Source: a virus (lineage: Duplodnaviria; Caudoviricetes). Taken from it: DNA of 33,024 nucleotides. The position numbers and the translations under genes were made by a program. Each line of letters starts with the position of its first letter. The stretch's first letter is position 1. The notes under the pieces are model-generated. The model ran no database searches. It worked only from the letters and a program-made list of their open reading frames with translations, and had not been told where the DNA came from. Location of the stretch: positions 1-33,024 of IMG/VR virus record IMGVR_UViG_3300032024_000055; one strand, written 5' to 3'. Below, piece by piece: positions 8,366 through 17,786 of this stretch.

Positions 8366-9141
8366 AGATACCGCCTTTTCATATAATCAAGTGAAAGGGT
8401 CATTATATCCCCAAACCCGTTCTTGGTATCGTTTAGGACTACACAGCCGCGCCAGATATAATTCCCTTGTTTGCCAGCATAATCCTCATCGTGGGAATAG
8501 AAAGAACCTGCCACAACTCCTATTAACTGTTTCCCTAATGGTAGGCAACGAGTGCCAAATTGAAGGTGCTGTTGGTGTCCCATACAGAAGCTCTGCCCTA
8601 TCTTCTGCAACTTGCTATCAATTGTACCACCTAATACATTCTTCATTAGGGAATAGGGGTTAACAAAACAATGGGAGAACAGTATCCCCTCAATCTCTAC
8701 TATCTCCTGATACTCGTAGACTTCCCAATCCTTGAGGTCTAAGTCGCTGTACCCAATTATCCCGTCAAGGTGGGCAGGATTGTCGTTTATCGCCCGTCCT
8801 ATCCTCTCCTCATGGTTGCCCATAAGGAACACCATGCGGGGTTGGTACTTCTTCTCCTTGTACTTAGAACGGGTATCATTGTATTCCTTTAATGGAGAGA
8901 GTAGTAACTGCATGGCTACATTCCCTACATCCACATCGTCCTTGTACCGCCTACCCTCAAAGGACTTACTGCCCGGTTGTTCATAGGAAGATAGGGAAGG
9001 CATATCGAAGAAATCACCTAAACAAACTACTATATCTGGCTTCTTATCAACTATGTATCTTCCTGCGGCTAATAGATGGGAGGTATCTACCCCTGTCTTC
9101 ACCTGAGCATCGGGCAGGATGAATATCTTTTTGCCTATCAA
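8362..9141 (-). CDS. Calcineurin-like metallophosphoesterase
   Basis: PDAQ, LGDFFD, GNHE, SH and GHQQ motifs. Confidence 0.88.
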   Translation of the reverse strand: MIGKKIFILPDAQVKTGVDTSHLLAAGRYIVDKKPDIVVCLGDFFDMPSLSSYEQPGSKSFEGRRYKDDVDVGNVAMQLLLSPLKEYNDTRSKYKEKKYQPRMVFLMGNHEERIGRAINDNPAHLDGIIGYSDLDLKDWEVYEYQEIVEIEGILFSHCFVNPYSLMKNVLGGTIDSKLQKIGQSFCMGHQQHLQFGTRCLPLGKQLIGVVAGSFYSHDEDYAGKQGNYIWRGCVVLNDTKNGFGDIMTLSLDYMKRRYL

Positions 9142-9155
9142 GGATGACCTTTCGG

Positions 9156-9404
9156 TTAAGGTTTATCTACCTTCTTTTCAATCTTATCCAGAATACGGGT
9201 AAAACCAGCCTCCATGCTATCATGTAATTTGTTTATAGACAAGTTGAAATTGCTACACAGGTCTTTACAATCATCTTTAGACCTATAATCTTCAGGGGTT
9301 TTTTCCCTCAACCTACTAATCTGGAGATGATTATGCCCTGTTATTGCGGCTACGACCGTGATAGCGAAGCCCGATACGATGTCCATGATAGTTCTTTCGG
9401 GCAT
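9156..9404 (-). CDS. Small membrane-anchored coiled-coil protein
   Basis: Hydrophobic N-terminus and charged helical tail; TAATG coupling. Confidence 0.6.
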   Translation of the reverse strand: MPERTIMDIVSGFAITVVAAITGHNHLQISRLREKTPEDYRSKDDCKDLCSNFNLSINKLHDSMEAGFTRILDKIEKKVDKP

Positions 9405-11101
9405 TATTTAGTCTCCTTGAGTTTTTCACGCCTGATTCTTTCAAGTTGTGAAACTGGAGAAGGTATTCCAGTCTTACCTACTGCTTTAGTTACCTTTATA
9501 GGTGTAGTTATGGCATTAAAGAACTCCCCTACTGCTCTTGGGGAATTTGTCAAAAGTATCGGCAGAAGTGATGGGTCAAGCCTATAAAAGAACGCCAACT
9601 CACCAGCCCCTAATAGCCTACTTAATCCTCCACTCGGCATAGGTTTATTTAAATTTAATCCAGCTATTTTAGCCATAATGTCTTCACCACTGGCTTCGCT
9701 TAGTAAACGAATAAAATCTTTTTTGAACTGAGCGTCTTCCTTCAACCCTTGCGTTAATTTGTTTAATGTTTGTTCTGGTGTCCTGCCTTTTTTAAGGGAT
9801 AGAGTTATGTCCATTTCATTCATTAAGCGAGATGCTTTTTCGTAATCCTTGACCATATTTTCATAACCCTGAACATTGTCAATTAATACCTGACGAGTTC
9901 TGTTGGTCATATCAGTCGTGAAAGCTCTGACAGAACTTGATTCAGAAAAACGGTCACTGAATACTCTTTTTAAAATATCTAAACTTGCGGGCGTTCTACT
10001 TCCTTTGCGCATACCCAGCGTATCTATTTCGTGAGCAATCTGTGTAATCTCTTTCTGCGCCGCCTTGTCGAGTCTTATAACTGAATCCTTGAAATCAAAT
10101 CCACCATTAGGCAAACGCTTGACATTGAATTTCTTTAGATTTTCGTTAAGTCCACTTATTAACGGCGTTATATCTACACTCGTTTTTATTTCCGATATTT
10201 TCTCTAATTCGCCCATATACTTCTGCGCTCTTTGCTGTTTTAGAACTTGCATACCACGGCGAGAAGAAGCTACAATTTCATCACCACTTATATTTCCTCT
10301 CATGGCGGTTCTAAACTGTTCGCTACCACGGATAGCTTGTTCAATGGATTCCGCCCCTGCACCAGTTGTAACGCCGAGAAGTTCAGTAACAATCGGTCTG
10401 GCTTCTGCACCAGCCTTCATAACTCCTGAAGTAACTACGCTTATAGGGTCTGCACCACGCCCAACTTTTTCTACTGTCTTCGCAAATGTTTCTATATTCT
10501 TGCCGATAACACCTACCTTACCAGCGGTCTTGGCTACAAGAAAACCACCACCCTGAAGTATAGTGGATAAATCGCTCGCAAAACCAACGGGGTCGTTTTC
10601 AAATGTATTCAACACATTTTTTACACCACCGTATCTCTTTATAAAATATTTACCTACCTCGCGGGATATTTGTTCCTTACCTTGTTCTCCCGGTATTAAC
10701 AACTGACCAACGCTTACGCTTAAATCCTTCATGCTTTTAGCTGTTCTTATCGGATGAGCAAGTGTCTGGTAAATATCACCAGTAAATCTGGCAAAACTCT
10801 CAGGGACATTTTGTGCAGAAGCACCTAATATGCGATACCCTTCTTGAGTGCTTGATACGACATTCTGCTCATCTTCTGGGCTTAATTCAAGACGAGGTTG
10901 TGGTGCAATCGCTTTCGTTTCGTCCATAGGTGGTATTGCATTTGATGTACCAATAGGTACGCCAGCCTGAACATCTTGTGCATATTTCTGCATATCCTTT
11001 GGTGCTGTATATGAAGTAGATACTGGGTGTTGTGGCCCATCATTCCAAACAATATCGGGCTGGTCGTCATCCCAAGCTATGTCTTTTGTGTTAATTGCCA
11101 T
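9404..11101 (-). CDS. Large internal virion/ejection protein
   Basis: Third of three helical low-complexity genes after the tail genes; GGAG RBS before ATG 11101. Confidence 0.7.
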   Translation of the reverse strand: MAINTKDIAWDDDQPDIVWNDGPQHPVSTSYTAPKDMQKYAQDVQAGVPIGTSNAIPPMDETKAIAPQPRLELSPEDEQNVVSSTQEGYRILGASAQNVPESFARFTGDIYQTLAHPIRTAKSMKDLSVSVGQLLIPGEQGKEQISREVGKYFIKRYGGVKNVLNTFENDPVGFASDLSTILQGGGFLVAKTAGKVGVIGKNIETFAKTVEKVGRGADPISVVTSGVMKAGAEARPIVTELLGVTTGAGAESIEQAIRGSEQFRTAMRGNISGDEIVASSRRGMQVLKQQRAQKYMGELEKISEIKTSVDITPLISGLNENLKKFNVKRLPNGGFDFKDSVIRLDKAAQKEITQIAHEIDTLGMRKGSRTPASLDILKRVFSDRFSESSSVRAFTTDMTNRTRQVLIDNVQGYENMVKDYEKASRLMNEMDITLSLKKGRTPEQTLNKLTQGLKEDAQFKKDFIRLLSEASGEDIMAKIAGLNLNKPMPSGGLSRLLGAGELAFFYRLDPSLLPILLTNSPRAVGEFFNAITTPIKVTKAVGKTGIPSPVSQLERIRREKLKETK

Positions 11102-12428
11102 ATTCAACGCTCCCATCGCTGTACTGAATAACCTTTTTGCCCGTCTTACGGTCTGTACCTGTACGAGTTACTGTTCTGTCAGAAGGTTTATCTATGTACC
11201 CGCCATCAGGTGAAAGGGCATCAAATATCTCTCTCTCAGAAAACTTACCCCTATGTGCCGCCGCATACTGCTTAGACCTTTCCCTTGCAATACTACGCTT
11301 CTTATTTACGCCAGCCTGACGGAATGTTTCGGCGAGTTTCTGTATAAAGGCAATGTTCTCAGGTGTCTTTTTACCAGAATAAATCTCTGAAAAATACTGT
11401 TTAGTTTTTGCAGTTAAAGCTCTGCTACCACCAAACGGTTTTTTATCCGCTTCCGACAAGTTACCTACTTCACCTGAAGCTCTCGCCATTAAAGTTTCAA
11501 GTGAGGCATGACCTATAGGGTTATCACTTATAGCAACCTCCCCTATAATATTGGCAAATTCATCCATCTTCTCCACTGCTCTTATGGTAGGGTCAGCGTT
11601 GAATTTGTCCACTATCCTATTTAATATCTGAGTATCGGCGTAAGTATCACGCCCAACAGATGAAGCAGGTGCTAATCCTTGGTCTATATCATATCTGTCA
11701 GTCTGGGGATTGTATTTATAGACATGAGCTTTTCCGTCTTTAGGACTGACTAAATTAGCTGTTTGTGTAGATTCTTTATCAGCTTTTCCACCTTCCAACA
11801 TCCCCTTCAACAAGTCCTGTCCTGCCTGACCACCACCCTGATAGGCATTGATAGTCCCTTCCTTCGCCTGTTCAGGGGAAAGATAACCTCCTGCCTGAAG
11901 GTCGGGGATACGAGCCGCCTGACCAAGCATGGAGGCTTCCTGCTGACCTGTAACATCCTTCATCATGCCTTCAACGCTTGCCTTCTGGTTAGCGTTCTCT
12001 GCCTCAGCGTATAAAGCTATAAGAAACTTCTTCTTTGTGGGAAGGTCATAATCAGAACTATTGTATATTGCTAAAGCCCTCTTAGCAAATTTTGCGGCAT
12101 CGTTTGGTAAAGCATCTATGTTTGTCAAAGGTGCATCAGGACTTATAGCGTTCCATGCGGGAACAAAACTCTTATTATAGACCTCAAGCCGAGATGATTC
12201 AGGGACATTAGCATCACCTATGATTGCCATAGATTGCGTAGCTTTCTTGGAATTATTCTCAAACTCCTGCTGTGTCTTCTTCTGAGCAAGTTCCGCTTCA
12301 GCCGCCCTTTGCTTCTGTACAAGTTCCGCTTCAGCCATGTTCTGCTGGCGTATTTGCAAGCCCATTGTAAGGCCAGACTGTAAACCCCTCTGGAGTCCAC
12401 TAAATGGATTGTCGTATGCCTCTGGCAT
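11091..12428 (-). CDS. Internal virion/ejection protein
   Basis: GLQRGLQSGL N-terminus, Q/A-rich coiled coil; GGAGG RBS. Confidence 0.7.
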   Translation of the reverse strand: MPEAYDNPFSGLQRGLQSGLTMGLQIRQQNMAEAELVQKQRAAEAELAQKKTQQEFENNSKKATQSMAIIGDANVPESSRLEVYNKSFVPAWNAISPDAPLTNIDALPNDAAKFAKRALAIYNSSDYDLPTKKKFLIALYAEAENANQKASVEGMMKDVTGQQEASMLGQAARIPDLQAGGYLSPEQAKEGTINAYQGGGQAGQDLLKGMLEGGKADKESTQTANLVSPKDGKAHVYKYNPQTDRYDIDQGLAPASSVGRDTYADTQILNRIVDKFNADPTIRAVEKMDEFANIIGEVAISDNPIGHASLETLMARASGEVGNLSEADKKPFGGSRALTAKTKQYFSEIYSGKKTPENIAFIQKLAETFRQAGVNKKRSIARERSKQYAAAHRGKFSEREIFDALSPDGGYIDKPSDRTVTRTGTDRKTGKKVIQYSDGSVEYGN

Positions 12429-12437
12429 GATACCTCC

Positions 12438-13154
12438 TTATTTTAAATACTTAGCCAGACCTATGCCACCAGCTGTACCAACCATACCCATAGCACCACC
12501 TAACAAACCAGCCCTATTCGCCGCAGTCTGCTGGTTAGCCTGAAACTCCATATTGCGATTGAACTGGAAGGGCTGATAAGCCTGACCATAAGCACCCTGT
12601 AAGGCACTAAACCCCGGCAACCCCATGTTCTGTCCTTGAGAATACTGCTGACCCTGCTGACCCATGATGTTACTCAAGCCAGAAGATATGAGTCCCTGAC
12701 CCGATGAAATCTGTCCCCTACGGGCTTCTTCCCTCATCATCTCAGCGTTCCTATTAAACAACCCCAAGCTCTGTATTCCAGCCGTTGACAGATTGTATCC
12801 CGACCCACCCTTACGGGATAGTCCTTCCTGAAGTATCTTCTGTTGTTCGGCAAGGTTGGATTCCATACCCGGAGACACGGGTAACTTACCTTCCAATGCT
12901 AACTGCTGACGGTCGATATAGGCTTTCTGAAGGTCGTAGTTAGCCCTATCCTGTGGGTTCATCGCCGCAAGACGCTGTTCCCAAGGTATCTCTTGAATCT
13001 GACCATTTACTTCCTGCAATCCCTGTTGGCGAAGAAGAAGGGGGCGCATTGCCGCATCCTGTGCCTGTTGGGACTGAATACCAGCTAACTGCGCTTTCTG
13101 TAAATCTTGTTCAGCCTGAGTGGGCTGAGGTGCTTCGACTTTTGTACTTCCCAT
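12438..13154 (-). CDS. Small ejection (pilot) protein
   Basis: MGSTKVEAPQP start, Q/G-rich body, Gly-rich hydrophobic C-terminus. Confidence 0.7.
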   Translation of the reverse strand: MGSTKVEAPQPTQAEQDLQKAQLAGIQSQQAQDAAMRPLLLRQQGLQEVNGQIQEIPWEQRLAAMNPQDRANYDLQKAYIDRQQLALEGKLPVSPGMESNLAEQQKILQEGLSRKGGSGYNLSTAGIQSLGLFNRNAEMMREEARRGQISSGQGLISSGLSNIMGQQGQQYSQGQNMGLPGFSALQGAYGQAYQPFQFNRNMEFQANQQTAANRAGLLGGAMGMVGTAGGIGLAKYLK

Positions 13155-13536
13155 TTCCTACCTCCACCTTGTAAAAGGCATATCCATCCTTGATTGCGTA
13201 TGGCGTGGTTTTAAAATAACCTTCCACTATCCGTTGTATATCTGTTCTAATTAACGGGACATTGATTAGTGCTTCTTTGTAGTCCCTAACTTCGTGCATG
13301 AACCTGTCTACCAAGTTCTTAGCTACCCATGAACCCCTCTGACTTCTATCTACACAGAAGTGGATAATGAAAGGGTAGCTATGTTCAAACCTGTATGTAA
13401 AGAATCCCTTAATCTCGCTATCATCATACACCCATGTCTCGTGTGAAGCAAACCCCATATCTTCCGGCTTGTAACCTTCTGCGGCAAGCATCGTTCCAAG
13501 TACCCTACCGTCGTCTGCCGTGTAGTGGCGTATCAT
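13111..13536 (-). CDS. GNAT-fold protein
   Basis: MIRHYTADD...IKGFF...HFCVDRSQRGSWVAKNL (motif A-like); start reassigned to 13536 by TAATG overlap. Confidence 0.7.
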   Translation of the reverse strand: MIRHYTADDGRVLGTMLAAEGYKPEDMGFASHETWVYDDSEIKGFFTYRFEHSYPFIIHFCVDRSQRGSWVAKNLVDRFMHEVRDYKEALINVPLIRTDIQRIVEGYFKTTPYAIKDGYAFYKVEVGNGKYKSRSTSAHSG

Positions 13537-13814
13537 TAATTTGCTCTGAACGGCCTGAAAGCCATGCCGAAGTTCGTGAAACCTATTCCGAGCCGGGCCA
13601 GCTGGCGAGTGTGCCAGTGGTTGTCCTGCAAGGGCGAGTATCCCGGCGTGGGCCGCCACCCGATGTAAAGCTCAAATACTCTTTGCGTATAGGGTATCTT
13701 CCAGCGGATGAAGAAGAACGGCCCCGGCTTGCCAACGGCGGGATATGTAGTGCCATCCGGATTCTTCATTTCAGTATTATAACCTTTTGTCCAGCTAAAG
13801 CCTTGAGGCCACAT
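13536..13814 (-). CDS. Aromatic-rich hypothetical protein
   Basis: 92 aa filling the gap between fibre and GNAT genes; FELYIGWRP. Confidence 0.6.
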   Translation of the reverse strand: MWPQGFSWTKGYNTEMKNPDGTTYPAVGKPGPFFFIRWKIPYTQRVFELYIGWRPTPGYSPLQDNHWHTRQLARLGIGFTNFGMAFRPFRAN

Positions 13815-13815
13815 A

Positions 13816-14805
13816 TTAAGAACCTATCGGGATAATATGAATTGTTACTGTCCCAGATGAACTTGCAACATTCCAATAATCATTCTTTTTAACAAAACAA
13901 TTTACCCCGTGAGTTTTACCAGTTTCGACTGCGTCTCCCTCATAAGCCCTTACCGTTGTTGGAGTAGCTGATGAATCAGTTAATATTTTTAGTGTACCAT
14001 CAGCCCCTATTCCTGTTGCATACGCAGATATGAATAAATCTGTGGTTGCTTGATAATTTGTATTAGCAACTTTCGTAGCATCCCAAACTCCAAGTATGCC
14101 AGATGCTTTAGTGGCATCTACCGCACCCGCTCCTAGTTTAGCCGTAGTAACCGCAGCATCTGCCAGCTTAACCGCTGTAACCGCACCAGCCGCAATGTCG
14201 CTCGTCCCCGTCAGTATCGGATTTAGCAAGTTCCATCCGGTCGTGTAATACTGAAACAACGAATAGCCGTTTGCCTTAATATCCCCGGCAAGGAGCGCAC
14301 CGGAGTTACGGGTTATCGTAATAGCACCCGTCCCAGCGTTTAGCGTAGGCGTAGTAGTGGCGTTGGCGGCGGCGGTCTTAACCACAAGCACCATGCCCGG
14401 CGTAAGCACTGTAATGGCAGGCGTAAAGGCGGCTACAAGAGCGTCAGCCGCCCCAGAATCAACGGCGTAGCACATAGCATTAGCCTGAATATTCGCCAGC
14501 GTAGTATAGGTAGAAAATATCGTGGCAAGACTTACATCAGGGTCTATATACCACTGCGCCTCACCTGTTATCTGTTTAATGAGATACCTTAACCTCTGGA
14601 ATTCTCCACGAAGATTTGTAGCAAGAGAAGAAACAGAAGCAGGATAAGGGTCTGCTACGGCTTGCATAGCCCCTTCGGTAGCTGAAGCATCATCTATGCC
14701 ATCAGGGTCGAGGTTGTTTATTATATTATCAAACTCGGCATTTAAGTCCGAAGCTGTGAGCACTTCAGCTATCCAAGTTTTAATCCGTGAAAAAGTACCT
14801 GCCAT
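13816..14805 (-). CDS. Tail fibre/spike protein
   Basis: LTASDLNAEFDNII N-terminal anchor-type motif; AVT..KL repeats; follows the nozzle gene. Confidence 0.75.
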   Translation of the reverse strand: MAGTFSRIKTWIAEVLTASDLNAEFDNIINNLDPDGIDDASATEGAMQAVADPYPASVSSLATNLRGEFQRLRYLIKQITGEAQWYIDPDVSLATIFSTYTTLANIQANAMCYAVDSGAADALVAAFTPAITVLTPGMVLVVKTAAANATTTPTLNAGTGAITITRNSGALLAGDIKANGYSLFQYYTTGWNLLNPILTGTSDIAAGAVTAVKLADAAVTTAKLGAGAVDATKASGILGVWDATKVANTNYQATTDLFISAYATGIGADGTLKILTDSSATPTTVRAYEGDAVETGKTHGVNCFVKKNDYWNVASSSGTVTIHIIPIGS

Positions 14806-14814
14806 CTTATCCCC

Positions 14815-16368
14815 CTACGAAGGTCTGTTACTTAATGGTTTAAAGTCAACTGAAAGTCTGGATACGAAGAATGTCTCATTCACATTTCCGTTATATACCT
14901 CAAACTGTATCCGCTTGCCTATCGTTCCTAATGAAAATGCTGTGTCTATAACATCTGAACCGCCAAGTGAATCGGTATCTAATAGAAAGGTATCAAGTGC
15001 TACTCCTGAACCAGCAAGCGATACTGTTTTGGTTGTCTGTTTAACTCCATCTACCCACCAACTGATATATACATCGTAAGCACCCTGCGGACGAGTAGTG
15101 AGCCAACCTCTCATATACTTCTTAGATACTCTTGGGTCATCAAATGACAGATGGGAAGTCTTGAACCCACCATAATATGCTAATGAATTATCGTTGGTGT
15201 TTGTTTCCTCCAAGTCCCACACGAACCCTGAATAGTCGCCAGTGTAGATGTATATACGATGGTGTTCAGGTGGGTCTTTACGATAAATACAGGAACATGA
15301 CGCAGAATATCCAGAAGCATTAGTCTGATTATCATGGATAGTCCATGCTTCCTCTAACGGACGGTCGATGAAAAACACAAGGGCAGTATCTACGGTGGTT
15401 TTGCCATTCCTAACTACGAAGAACTTGATAGCCCTAAGTTCAGGGTCGAAGGTGGCATGAAAGTCAGCTACATAGGAAAGTCTTACATTATCCCTTATCC
15501 ACTTATCCATGAACGAAGGTCGTACAAGGGAAGCCTGTTTGTAGTCGCCATATTGCTGTACTGCTGTTACGGAATATATATCTCCGTCTTCAGTCATGCA
15601 GATAATATCGTTTGGTGTCTTTACTATCAGACGATGATGAGCCGCACCACCTTCCCATGCCGCCGCTTCATACCCCCAATTAGCAGTAGAGTAATCAGCA
15701 TCATCTATGATGTATGCTTTTCTCTTTCCGAAAGCAAGTAATCTGTCCTGAAATTCGACAGCACCCACGATACCCTGTCCATCGGAAGTTTCTATATTGA
15801 TTGTAGTAACATTGGCATCGGAGAAGTCGTCCGTCCCGTTGGCAGAAGCATAAACCGTATTATTTAGATATGCCCAAAGTCTTTCAGAATTACCACGCCC
15901 ATGTTTTATGAACTGCTTAGGGTATGCCGAACCAGTCCAATCAGTAGGAACATTTGTAAGGTTTGAAGTAGATGCCGCAACCCCATTCCAAGTCTGCGGT
16001 ATGTTAGCACCATTGGTTATATACAGAGTATTATCGAATATCTCAAACGAAGTATGCTTGGCAGTAGTAAGTCCTGTCTTTATCTCCGTTGTGTAATCGG
16101 AATATATTTTACCGTCAGTGGTAGCTATAACTAACTTCTGCGTACCATTAAGTAACCAGAAGTCATATATGCCCATAATACGGGGAGTTCCTGTTATAGC
16201 AGTGGCGTTGACATGGGCAGTTCCACCCCTCAATCCCCTTCCATTCTCATTGAGATTGATGTTACGGGCAATAACCATCATCTCAGGTTTAACAGCATCT
16301 ATATTAGGATTAGCTGTAAGACCTCCACGCTCGCACGGTATCTGGTATGTTCCACCACTATATGACAT
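14815..16368 (-). CDS. Tail nozzle/stabilisation protein (P22 gp10 / T7 gp12 position)
   Basis: 517 aa, beta-rich; GGLT...ARNIN N-terminus; GKRIQFEV C-terminus. Confidence 0.8.
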   Translation of the reverse strand: MSYSGGTYQIPCERGGLTANPNIDAVKPEMMVIARNINLNENGRGLRGGTAHVNATAITGTPRIMGIYDFWLLNGTQKLVIATTDGKIYSDYTTEIKTGLTTAKHTSFEIFDNTLYITNGANIPQTWNGVAASTSNLTNVPTDWTGSAYPKQFIKHGRGNSERLWAYLNNTVYASANGTDDFSDANVTTINIETSDGQGIVGAVEFQDRLLAFGKRKAYIIDDADYSTANWGYEAAAWEGGAAHHRLIVKTPNDIICMTEDGDIYSVTAVQQYGDYKQASLVRPSFMDKWIRDNVRLSYVADFHATFDPELRAIKFFVVRNGKTTVDTALVFFIDRPLEEAWTIHDNQTNASGYSASCSCIYRKDPPEHHRIYIYTGDYSGFVWDLEETNTNDNSLAYYGGFKTSHLSFDDPRVSKKYMRGWLTTRPQGAYDVYISWWVDGVKQTTKTVSLAGSGVALDTFLLDTDSLGGSDVIDTAFSLGTIGKRIQFEVYNGNVNETFFVSRLSVDFKPLSNRPS

Positions 16369-16376
16369 AGAATCCC

Positions 16377-17786
16377 CTAAAAAGGTAGACTTGCCAACTC
16401 ATCGTTCCGTTGCAGATAAGTTGAATTAAGCGTAAAGGTTGTTGGTAGTGTTCCTGTCTGCGTATATGAGAACTCCACATGACCTATATGGTTAGCTCCC
16501 CAAGTAATCTGAAGGTTGTTTGTACTGAAAGCCATTGTCGGGGCAGTAGTTGCCGTCCCTACAATTGAAGCCCCTACGGATACGGTTTTACCAGTTGTGG
16601 TATTGTAAGAAGCAATAAAGGGGAACACCCCACCAAGTTCACTGTCCCTACCACAATAGATAAGCCCTGAAACCTTCCATGCGCCATCGCTTGAGGCTGT
16701 GAGGATAGTCTGTGTTACGGGTACACCACCTGCGCCTACATCGCCCATCTGTACTGTTACGACAGGAACAATGGGGCGTTTAAGCGTTTTGCCCGTATTG
16801 ATAAGGAGTTCCGTTCCTGCACCACCCCCTGAATATTGGTTATTCCTTTCAGTTATAGTCCCCATGTTGGCAGAAGTATCAATAAAGTAGGCATACGAAG
16901 TCTGTCCTGCTCCGCTTGCTACGAATCCTATCTCGCACCCATCTATTTGAACCTTCGTACCTTTATTAAAGTAGAAAGTCCCGCCTACAGTAGCCCCTGT
17001 TCCATCCCTGCTCTCAAGGTAGGTGTTGACGATGTTCAGGACATTTAGTCCCTGATAAGTATCCTGTCCTGTAAGAACCTGCCAAGCGTTGTTAGATTCG
17101 ATTGTGCAACTATCAAGGGTTACGCAGTTTCCACCATTGAGGGATATACCGCCCTTCATATCGGCATAAGTCGTAGCGGCAGAAGTTCCACCGTTCCACC
17201 TTATCTGACACTGGATAAGTGAGAGGGCATTTGCTCCACCACCATCACCCGACTGGGCTAAAGCAAGGAATCCAAGCCCTTCATTATAGTGGAAATTGCA
17301 CCCTTCGTATTGAGTACCCCATGCCCTTCTATGATAAACGCCATGCCTACCGTTGTAGGTAGAATAGACATTCGTGAATCTCATATAACCGGGGTTATCG
17401 CCAGCCGTTGTATAAAGGGTTATCCCATCCCGTGATGAAGCATTGCCCTTAACCTGAAAGTTAGCGTAGCGATTATAATAGGAAGCCCCACCTAAATCCA
17501 ACCCATCTCCTGTGCCAGTATTATAAATAACGCTTTTAAGTGGAGCATCCCCTATTATCTCTGATGCTATCCTTGTAGTTGACGCTATCTTAAAAGTACC
17601 CGATGGAACGTAAATAGGTTTACCTTCAGCTAAAGCCTTCGTATCTGCGGCAAGGATAGCTGAACGATTATCTGTTTTATCAACACTTGCTCCAGTAGAC
17701 CTTATATCAACTCTTGGGCCACTGGTTATTAAATCCGTGCATGAGATAGTCTTCCCGACTATGTTATCTTTAAAGCGTTTCAGCAC
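16377..17786 (-). CDS. Right-handed beta-helix tailspike/depolymerase
   Basis: VDIRSTGA..DKTDNRSAILAA...IYVPSGTFKI pectate_lyase_3-type start; Asn ladder; GTG start overlaps upstream TAG. Confidence 0.85.
   Translation of the reverse strand: MLKRFKDNIVGKTISCTDLITSGPRVDIRSTGASVDKTDNRSAILAADTKALAEGKPIYVPSGTFKIASTTRIASEIIGDAPLKSVIYNTGTGDGLDLGGASYYNRYANFQVKGNASSRDGITLYTTAGDNPGYMRFTNVYSTYNGRHGVYHRRAWGTQYEGCNFHYNEGLGFLALAQSGDGGGANALSLIQCQIRWNGGTSAATTYADMKGGISLNGGNCVTLDSCTIESNNAWQVLTGQDTYQGLNVLNIVNTYLESRDGTGATVGGTFYFNKGTKVQIDGCEIGFVASGAGQTSYAYFIDTSANMGTITERNNQYSGGGAGTELLINTGKTLKRPIVPVVTVQMGDVGAGGVPVTQTILTASSDGAWKVSGLIYCGRDSELGGVFPFIASYNTTTGKTVSVGASIVGTATTAPTMAFSTNNLQITWGANHIGHVEFSYTQTGTLPTTFTLNSTYLQRNDELASLPF

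Noticed and set aside
12287-12336. 17-nt direct repeat in an ejection-protein gene
   Set aside because: An ordinary in-frame 11-codon coiled-coil duplication (AEAEL..K).
13537-13659. N-terminal extension of the GNAT ORF shown in the track
   Set aside because: It lies inside the 92-aa gene; the TAATG overlap supports a start at 13536.
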